This document shows positions 58,118-64,000 of a stretch of 64,000 nucleotides of DNA, piece after piece; position 1 is the stretch's first letter; each line of letters starts with the position of its first letter. The DNA is taken from IMG/VR virus record IMGVR_UViG_3300025133_000023, one strand, 5' to 3'. The notes beneath the pieces were generated by a model. It did not search any database. It was not told where the DNA came from and saw nothing but the letters and a program-made list of their open reading frames with translations. Made by a program: the position numbers and the translations under genes. This DNA is from a virus.

Positions 58118-58844
58118 CTGCAATTACGACAGAGACCTCCTTGTAATTGATACCGAGACCACAGGAGTAGAAGGCCATCATGTCATCTGCCAATGGGGAA
58201 GTATCCTTCTCGACAGACAAACACTGAAAGAGAAGTCTCGGTTTCAAACCCTAGTCCGTATCAACTCAGGTGATGCTGGAAGAGCAAGCCCAGAAGCATT
58301 GGCGATTCATGGAATTCCCCTAAAGAAGCTCATGGATCCCAACCACACCATGAAGTTTCAGGACCTGCCTGAAGCAATTCGTGAAGCACATGGGGATCCC
58401 CAGGGATATCATATCTATGGAGTACACATTCACTTCGACACCTTCAAGCTTGCTCGCATGTGCAACAAGTACAAGATCGAATATCCATTCCCTGATGCTA
58501 GGCCAATAAGTTGCCGAACCTATGACCTCCAGGCTTTCTGGCATGCTATCGGCGCGACTCTTGGTTTAGGGTGGGGAAACTGTGCGCTTAGAGGAATGGC
58601 TCGTCATTGGAAGATTCCATTCCCTGAAGACCACGACGCTCTCAACGACTGTGAAATAACCGCAGAAGTTCAACGTAGAGTGATGAAGATGATTCAGCCC
58701 AAGGGGCTTATCATCCCAACCTCACCAGAGTGTCCCAAGTGTAAGGGACACATGCTTCTCAAAACCAATGGGAAGACAGGACATCAGTTCTGGGGTTGTG
58801 CCAAGTACCCAGTCTGCAAAAAGACAAGGAACATCAAACAATGA
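58107..58844 (+). CDS. DEDDh (DnaQ-like) exonuclease with C-terminal topoisomerase-type Zn ribbon
   Basis: LVIDTETTG, HIHFD, HDALNDC; CPKCKGHM..FWGCAKYPVC. Confidence 0.85.
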   Translation: MTPNCNYDRDLLVIDTETTGVEGHHVICQWGSILLDRQTLKEKSRFQTLVRINSGDAGRASPEALAIHGIPLKKLMDPNHTMKFQDLPEAIREAHGDPQGYHIYGVHIHFDTFKLARMCNKYKIEYPFPDARPISCRTYDLQAFWHAIGATLGLGWGNCALRGMARHWKIPFPEDHDALNDCEITAEVQRRVMKMIQPKGLIIPTSPECPKCKGHMLLKTNGKTGHQFWGCAKYPVCKKTRNIKQ

Positions 58845-59236
58845 TTGAAGTCTCTATAGGTGTTGCTGTTTTTTTAATACTAGCGTCTTGCTTCTGGTTT
58901 GGGCTGCCAACCAAAAGCTTACGTAAGAAGAAGGTGGAGGTTGAAGAAGTCGAAGAGCTGGAAACAGTCAATCGACCACTCACCGACTTTCGAGGCCCTA
59001 GTGAAAGGGAAGAAGAACTCAAAATCAGAGTCAACCGACTAGAGAACGCTATCGTTCTTATCGAACAAGCTTTCGGATGGGTTCTCATCCCAGAAGATGG
59101 CAAAGATGAGATTGTAACGGTTATCGAAAGAATCGAGTCTGGACATATTGAGTATGTTCCTGCTATTCTAGTCGAAACTGAAGAGAAAAAAGCTGAACAA
59201 CCCCAAAAGCCTATTCGGCCAAGGTTTGTTCACTAA
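58841..59236 (+). CDS. Membrane-anchored coiled-coil protein
   Basis: N-terminal TM; ATGA overlap. Confidence 0.55.
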   Translation: MIEVSIGVAVFLILASCFWFGLPTKSLRKKKVEVEEVEELETVNRPLTDFRGPSEREEELKIRVNRLENAIVLIEQAFGWVLIPEDGKDEIVTVIERIESGHIEYVPAILVETEEKKAEQPQKPIRPRFVH

Positions 59237-59288
59237 AACATAACACGCTCCCTTCTAGGGAAAAAGAAGAAATTCTTAAATCATTCGT

Positions 59289-59364
59289 GCGCTCATAGCT
59301 CAATGGATAGAGTGCTGGTTTTCTAAGCCGGGAGATGTAGGTTCGAATCCTACTGAGCGTACCA
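59289..59364 (+). tRNA. tRNA-Arg(UCU)
   Basis: GCGCTCA/TGAGCGT-A-CCA, loop TTTCTAA. Confidence 0.88.
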
Positions 59365-59445
59365 CTTCATAAATGAATCCTAGGACTATGATCCTACTCT
59401 CCAATGCCCCATCAAAAAGCAAAGGTATTGGGTTAAGAAATACCA

Positions 59446-60027
59446 ATGAAAACCTTCTTCACCAGCGACACACACTGGCTCCATAAGAACATCATTAAAT
59501 ACTGCTCACGTCCATGGACCAACTGTCCTGACATGTATGAAACAATGATTGCTCGTTGGAACAGTGTTGTGACTCCACAAGACCATGTCTACCATCTTGG
59601 TGATGTAGCTCTAGGTAGCACAAGCAAAGCTGTAGAGATTCTCCAAAGGCTTAATGGTACCAAATACCACCTATGGGGAAACCACGATTCTGGAATGAAA
59701 AAGAAACAAGCCTTTCTAGATGAATTCGAGTGGTCAGCATACTATCACGAACTCAAGATACAGGACGCAGACGCCCACAGGGGACGTCAAATCATTGTTC
59801 TCTGCCACTACCCTCTCTATACTTGGAACAAGGCTTCACGAGGCTCGTGGATGCTTCACGGACACTGTCACGGCAATGTCGATGAGGCTAACAAAACCAC
59901 AACACGTCTTGACGTAGGGGTTGACTCTCATCACTACACTCCTATTTCCTATGATCAGGTTAAGAAGATTATGTCTGCGAAGACCTACGATCCAGTTGAC
60001 CATCATGACGGAACCGAAGACGAGTAG
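59446..60027 (+). CDS. Calcineurin-like metallophosphoesterase
   Basis: FTSDTH, HLGD, GNHD, LCHYP, LHGHCH, DVGVD. Confidence 0.9.
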   Translation: MKTFFTSDTHWLHKNIIKYCSRPWTNCPDMYETMIARWNSVVTPQDHVYHLGDVALGSTSKAVEILQRLNGTKYHLWGNHDSGMKKKQAFLDEFEWSAYYHELKIQDADAHRGRQIIVLCHYPLYTWNKASRGSWMLHGHCHGNVDEANKTTTRLDVGVDSHHYTPISYDQVKKIMSAKTYDPVDHHDGTEDE

Positions 60028-60046
60028 CTATGCTTGGAACCCGTAG

Positions 60047-60610
60047 ATGAATTTTTGTAGTAACTGCGGCTGCTCGAAGGAGTGGGCGGGGCTCAACACC
60101 AGCAAGCAACCTCCTCACATCTACTGTGAAAACTGCGAACTCTGGTTTTGGAAAAACCCTAAGCCTGTCTCCGTTGGGGTTGTCATTACTGACTGCCCAT
60201 ATGAGAATGGAAGAGTAGAATTTCTTTCTGATCGCTCTACACGCTCTATCATGCTTACCAAGCGAGATATTGAGCCTGGAAAGGGACTGTGGGCGCTGCC
60301 TGGAGGATTTGTAGACGGAGGAGAAGACCCAGTCTCGGCTGCAAGTCGTGAGGTTCTAGAAGAAACTGGAGTCATGTGCTCCTTTAATCTTCATCCTGAC
60401 TTTACTCTTTACTCTAAAAAGCATGACACTCTTCTTTGCTTCTACATCGCAGAAAAGAAATGGGAAGATGTCAAATACGCTCTACCCCTCGAAGAGACAG
60501 AGTCTGTGGAGTTTTTCAGTAAAAGAAACATCCACAGGATGATCGAAGAAAAGCAAATCGCCTTCCCTCTTCACTCATGGGTATTGATGAAGGTTCTCTC
60601 AACCTGGTAG
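60047..60610 (+). CDS. Nudix hydrolase with N-terminal Zn ribbon
   Basis: CSNC..CENC; Nudix box GGFVDGGEDPVSAASREVLEETG. Confidence 0.9.
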   Translation: MNFCSNCGCSKEWAGLNTSKQPPHIYCENCELWFWKNPKPVSVGVVITDCPYENGRVEFLSDRSTRSIMLTKRDIEPGKGLWALPGGFVDGGEDPVSAASREVLEETGVMCSFNLHPDFTLYSKKHDTLLCFYIAEKKWEDVKYALPLEETESVEFFSKRNIHRMIEEKQIAFPLHSWVLMKVLSTW

Positions 60611-60620
60611 AATAGAGAGT

Positions 60621-60857
60621 ATGAGAGAAGATGTCGCAATGATGGTAGAGACTATTCGTAGGTGGGCCCTTACTTGTCCTCCTGAGAAGGTCGTGAAAAA
60701 TCACCCCGACACAGGTGAATGGACCGCTGCAAGCATTGTTTCAATGTGTGATGATCCAGAAACCTTTCCTGAAATCATTGAGTACGCTATAACTGTTCAT
60801 GGTCTTATTCTTGCCTATAAGGATGAAAAAGCCAGGAAACCGAAAATCTTCAGTTAG
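60621..60857 (+). CDS. Hypothetical protein
   Basis: 78 aa. Confidence 0.5.
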   Translation: MREDVAMMVETIRRWALTCPPEKVVKNHPDTGEWTAASIVSMCDDPETFPEIIEYAITVHGLILAYKDEKARKPKIFS

Positions 60858-60933
60858 CGCTGGGCGCATGGGAAGTGCACACTCCTCTCATAAGGGAGAC
60901 GTTGTAGTGGTTCGAGCCCACCCTCAGCGACCA
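60858..60933 (+). tRNA. tRNA(CAU), Met or Ile2
   Basis: CGCTGGG/CTCAGCG-A-CCA, loop CTCATAA; paired 1:72 so not a typical initiator. Confidence 0.75.
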
Positions 60934-60957
60934 TCACTTAGAAAGGTTAAGTAAACC

Positions 60958-61242
60958 ATGAAGAAACTAATAATGGGAAAAGGAGATGTCATCAGCTTTA
61001 TGCCATGTAAAATCTACACGCCTCCCAAGAACAAAGATGGTTCATATCGGGACAAGCGCTCAAACACCGTAGAAGACGCAGCTGCTTTCGAGCGTCTTTA
61101 CAACTCTCACATGTATATGGATGAAGATCCTGACTATGATCCGGATGAAGAAGATGACGACGAAGACGATGATGACTATGATCGCTGTAGATGCAGTGAC
61201 CCAGGTTGTCCGTGTTCTGGCAGCAAAAGAGGCATTCCTTAA
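60958..61242 (+). CDS. Small acidic protein with Cys tail
   Basis: 94 aa. Confidence 0.5.
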   Translation: MKKLIMGKGDVISFMPCKIYTPPKNKDGSYRDKRSNTVEDAAAFERLYNSHMYMDEDPDYDPDEEDDDEDDDDYDRCRCSDPGCPCSGSKRGIP

Positions 61243-61272
61243 TAGCCACAGAAGTAGTTCATAAATTCCCCT

Positions 61273-61348
61273 GGGGAACGGAGGTCAGGTTGATCCGCTG
61301 GGTCTTATAAGCGCGGCGTGCTGGGATCATTCCCCAGGTTCCCTACCA
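61273..61348 (+). tRNA. tRNA-Ile(UAU)-like with atypical T-loop
   Basis: GGGGAAC/GTTCCCT-A-CCA, loop CTTATAA, T-arm CTGGG-ATCATTC-CCCAG. Confidence 0.6.
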
Positions 61349-61473
61349 GTATTGTATACAAGAGTTCAACTCCTTGCTCAAGGTTCAATCCCTTCTCGCC
61401 CTACCATTTTCGATTTACAAAACCCTAATAGGGATCTCATTTTTGGAAAAAAAACGGGAGGCCGATTAGTCAT

Positions 61474-61550
61474 ATCCGGATAGCCCAATTGGCAGAGGCA
61501 TGAGACTTAAAATCTCTGAGTTGGGGGTTCGAGTCCCCCTCCGGATACCA
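61474..61550 (+). tRNA. tRNA-Leu(UAA) with short variable loop
   Basis: ATCCGGA/TCCGGAT-A-CCA, loop CTTAAAA. Confidence 0.85.
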
Positions 61551-61654
61551 AAGAAAGAAAACACCAATGTGGCTCAAACCTGGTAGTATTTAGTTTTTTA
61601 GTTGACAAATTAGCTCGAACTTAGCTAAGCCAATAAGTTCAGAATACAAAATGT

Positions 61655-61731
61655 GGCGACCATGGTCTAATTGGTTAAGATACTGGACTGTGAATCCGGA
61701 AACGAGAGTTCGAAACTCTCTGGCCGCCCCA
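61655..61731 (+). tRNA. tRNA-His(GUG)
   Basis: G-1:C73, loop CTGTGAA, encoded CCA. Confidence 0.88.
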
Positions 61732-61743
61732 AATATCAAAAAT

Positions 61744-61820
61744 TGCAGGGAGGGTAGTCTTAGCTCCCAGTCAAGGCTCATAATCTTGATTATGCTGGTG
61801 CAACACAGCCTCTGCTCCCA
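61744..61820 (+). ncRNA. Non-canonical tRNA(CAU)-like RNA
   Basis: 8-bp stem AGTCAAGG-CTCATAA-TCTTGATT; GCTG/CAGC T-like arm; GCAGGG/CTCTGC acceptor-like stem. Confidence 0.45.
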
Positions 61821-61831
61821 TTATCAAGTAT

Positions 61832-61909
61832 CTCGGCGTAGCGCAGCCTGGTTAGCGCACGTGCTTTGGGAGCACGGGGTCGTAGGTTCGAATCCTACCG
61901 CCGAGACCA
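61832..61909 (+). tRNA. tRNA-Pro(UGG)
   Basis: CTCGGCG/CGCCGAG-A-CCA, loop TTTGGGA. Confidence 0.92.
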
Positions 61910-62045
61910 TCATTAGCCTAGGCCTTGAGAGGGCCTTTAGAACGCAAGCGAATCAAAGGCTTCAGCCCTTAGGGTTTCTCTCGAAAAATCACTATCAGTG
62001 ACATCGACAGAAGAATCGTTGAATCCTTCCAAGCGTAGGAAAACA

Positions 62046-62303
62046 ATGAAGAATCTACTAGGCATCATACTAATAATGCTCATGGTTGGATGTGCTCACA
62101 TCTCCAACCCACCAGCCCCTCCAGTTCCCTTCTCTACTGATTGTCCAGATACTCATCTGATTAAGGGCAACATCACAGACGAAGGCAGAAAGATCTTCCA
62201 CACCCCTCGCTCTCCGTGGTATGAAAGAACAAATCCTGAAGTGTGCTTCAGGTCAATCGAAGATGCATCCGATGCAGGCTTCGCTCCCCCAGAAAGGTGG
62301 TAA
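62046..62303 (+). CDS. Lipoprotein with SunI-like/thermonuclease-associated domain
   Basis: Lipobox MVGC; IKGNI..KIFH.P..WY..T..CF.S..A..AGF. Confidence 0.65.
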   Translation: MKNLLGIILIMLMVGCAHISNPPAPPVPFSTDCPDTHLIKGNITDEGRKIFHTPRSPWYERTNPEVCFRSIEDASDAGFAPPERW

Positions 62304-62307
62304 CTCA

Positions 62308-62601
62308 ATGGAAAAGCCTGCCGACCTCCAAGATGGAGCATTGGTTTTCCAGTCAGCACAACGTCAACTAAAAGTTGCTCAAGTCGCTGGAAACTGGAAG
62401 GGGTACAACGAAGCTCTTTCAAGTATTTCTCGTGCTGCAAAGAAGGGTCACATCACCATAGACCAAACTAAGCTTGGTCCTTTTGCTGTTAAACAGCTGA
62501 AAAAGGACGGATTTAAGGTTTCACCTGATACCCGAACAGAGTCCGGCGACCAACGGGGAGATAGCTGGAAAGTCAGTGTCTACCTCATTAGCTGGGAATA
62601 A
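62308..62601 (+). CDS. Hypothetical protein
   Basis: About 97 aa. Confidence 0.5.
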   Translation: MEKPADLQDGALVFQSAQRQLKVAQVAGNWKGYNEALSSISRAAKKGHITIDQTKLGPFAVKQLKKDGFKVSPDTRTESGDQRGDSWKVSVYLISWE

Positions 62602-62603
62602 CA

Positions 62604-63200
62604 ATGACCATCACCGATCAACTCACAAGAGCCAAGCACTTTGCAATCACAGCTCACGGTAGTCAGATGTATGGGAAAGGTCTTCCCTATGAATACCATC
62701 TCCAAAAAGTACATGATGAAATGATACGAGTAGGAATAGACGACAAAGACCTACTCATTTGTGCGTTTCTTCATGACACCATCGAAGATGCTGACATCAA
62801 CATTCGAACAATCGAATGTGCTTTTGGTTGGAAGCCTGCTGCCATTACTTGGGCAGTAAGTGATGGACCCGGACAGAATCGTAAAGAAAGAAAGGCTGGA
62901 GTCTATCCTAAAATCAGGATGATCCCAGACGCAGCAGTAGTAAAGCTTGCAGACCGTGTCGCCAACTTCAGAGCCTCTCTAAACTCTGCAGAAAAGCGTA
63001 ACGACCCTCGCATGATGTGCATGTATCTCAAGGAGTCTGAAGACTTCTACGAAGGGCTCAAGGGCTCTAGGTTCAGTTCACCAGTCACTGCTGACTGGGC
63101 GCAGAAGCTAGTAAGTACACTAAGACTTCTCGAAACAGACGCACAACTATTGCTTGAAGCAGTTAAAAGAAAGAAGGCAGCAGAAAATGCTCCTTGGTAA
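62604..63200 (+). CDS. HD-domain protein, RelA/SpoT hydrolase (Mesh1/SAH)-like
   Basis: FAITAHGSQ..PYEYH, FLHDTIED, VKLADRVAN. Confidence 0.85.
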   Translation: MTITDQLTRAKHFAITAHGSQMYGKGLPYEYHLQKVHDEMIRVGIDDKDLLICAFLHDTIEDADINIRTIECAFGWKPAAITWAVSDGPGQNRKERKAGVYPKIRMIPDAAVVKLADRVANFRASLNSAEKRNDPRMMCMYLKESEDFYEGLKGSRFSSPVTADWAQKLVSTLRLLETDAQLLLEAVKRKKAAENAPW

Positions 63201-63321
63201 AGTCTGCAAAGCCTGTTGTGGTATCGTAGCTCCAGGGAAAACCTGTTACGCATGCGGCAGAAAAGGTTTATCTTTTAGTTGCTAAACCCTTGCTTGATAA
63301 GGTAACATCAAAGAATACATT

Positions 63322-63401
63322 GGGGTATGGGACTGCATGGGGTGGTCGCTTCGCTTGCACCGAGGATATTCAGAAGGGTTCGATTCCCTTATACTCCACC
63401 A
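63322..63401 (+). tRNA. tRNA-Ala(UGC)
   Basis: G3.U70, loop CTTGCAC, CCA. Confidence 0.85.
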
Positions 63402-63409
63402 AAACATAT

Positions 63410-63482
63410 GGACTTGTAGCTCAGATCTAGAGCGCCCATCTCAAGTGGGAGGTCGGTGATTAGTATCCACCCAGGTCCACCA
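63410..63482 (+). pseudogene. tRNA-like gene with 5-nt anticodon loop
   Basis: GGACTTG/CAGGTCC-A-CCA, CCCAT-CTCAA-GTGGG, aberrant T-loop. Confidence 0.55.
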
Positions 63483-63489
63483 AGAATTA

Positions 63490-63542
63490 AGGATGCTAAC
63501 AGCAATTAAACATTGTAGGATAAACAAAACAAAATGCATCCT
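63490..63542 (+). ncRNA. ACAGCAA-motif small RNA, copy 3
   Basis: AGGATGC/GCATCCT stem, TAACAGCAA motif. Confidence 0.55.
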
Positions 63543-63557
63543 GTTTATTTCTACCAC

Positions 63558-63633
63558 GGAACTTTAGCTTACCTGGTGCAAGCGCTCGGCTGAAGCCCGA
63601 GAGAGTCTGGTTCGATTCCAGGAGGTTCCACCA
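63558..63633 (+). tRNA. tRNA-Phe(GAA)
   Basis: GGAACTT/AGGTTCC-A-CCA, loop CTGAAGC. Confidence 0.88.
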
Positions 63634-63640
63634 AAAATCA

Positions 63641-63716
63641 CCTGCATGACGCGCCGGTTGCGCTGCGGATCCTGATAAGATCTGTGTGCTGAGTTCAACT
63701 CCCAGATGCAGGACCA
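63641..63716 (+). tRNA. tRNA-Ile(GAU)
   Basis: CCTGCAT/ATGCAGG-A-CCA, loop CTGATAA. Confidence 0.75.
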
Positions 63717-63721
63717 AATAC

Positions 63722-63803
63722 GTAAGGGGTCTCGCTTAGCGGCTTTACGGTAGGATCAAGCAACAGCACAACACTTTGTGCTTGGATACTTGACGCCCCT
63801 TAC
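63722..63803 (+). ncRNA. Unclassified structured RNA in the tRNA array
   Basis: GTAAGGGG/CCCCTTAC closing stem; AGCACAA/TTGTGCT hairpin. Confidence 0.4.
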
Positions 63804-63808
63804 TACAT

Positions 63809-63874
63809 ACCAAGGATACTCACAGCAAACCCTGCCTTCGGGCATAATAGGTTCGATTCCTACTCTTGGTGCCA
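63809..63874 (+). ncRNA. ACAGCAA-motif/tRNA chimera, copy 4
   Basis: ACCAAGG/TCTTGGT-G-CCA acceptor, GGATACTCACAGCAA, TGCC-TTCG-GGCA, TAGG-TTCGATT-CCTA. Confidence 0.6.
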
Positions 63875-63881
63875 AATATCT

Positions 63882-63951
63882 GGGAAGTTCATCTAATTCA
63901 AGACACGGCATAGTAGTCGTGAATGCAGGCTAAATCCTGCCCTTCCCACCA
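63882..63951 (+). pseudogene. Degenerate tRNA-like gene
   Basis: GGGAAG/CTTCCC-A-CCA; 6-nt anticodon loop ATAGTA; 6-nt T-loop. Confidence 0.45.
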
Positions 63952-64000
63952 AAGACATAGCCAGATAGCTCAATATCTAGAGCATCGTATGCCCACTGAC

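Noticed and set aside
6-63200. Genome-wide TAG recoding (genetic code 15)
   Set aside because: Conserved genes are intact in code 11 and TAG is usually followed by hairpins, an RBS or a new ATG; in-frame next-gene junctions are about as frequent as chance
63722-63803. Classical Y RNA Ro-binding helix
   Set aside because: GGTC..CTTGAC resembles it but the bulged-C GUC-C-GA pairing is not satisfied; left as unclassified
1-64000. Integrase, transposase or rRNA genes
   Set aside because: No such motifs seen in any frame

Overview
This window is a 64-kb segment of a large (jumbo-type) tailed-phage genome with three blocks. (1) 1-16330, minus strand, moderate GC: late/packaging genes. These are a portal with a MuF-like tail, terminase large subunit, Gly/Ala-rich virion-type proteins, a 1242-aa DEDDh exonuclease plus thermonuclease fusion, a probable small terminase and an M15 peptidase (endolysin). 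Most end in TAA and many are coupled by TAATG overlaps. (2) 16767-40109, plus strand, visibly higher GC with strongly C/G-ending codons: mostly small unknown early or host-takeover genes (pilin-like peptide, macro domain, SLOG-like, SSB, Cys-rich proteins). Most end in TAG and they are separated by recurrent RNA hairpin motifs. (3) 40.4-64 kb, plus strand: RNA and nucleotide metabolism genes (3'-5' exonucleases, DUF2828/TROVE-vWA-like, ThiF/E1, metallophosphoesterase, Nudix, HD alarmone-hydrolase-like). They are interleaved with a tmRNA, about 13 recognisable tRNAs (including an amber CUA tRNA and an 8/4 tRNA-Ser) and several non-canonical tRNA-like and other structured RNAs. The most notable candidates are a four-member ACAGCAA small-RNA family next to the TROVE-like gene (one member is a tRNA chimera), an amber tRNA combined with an early-TAG/late-TAA stop partition, a covarying TTGAARG hairpin over Shine-Dalgarno sites, and arm-rearranged tRNA-like RNAs. 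All calls are by eye from motifs and base pairing; no database searches were run.
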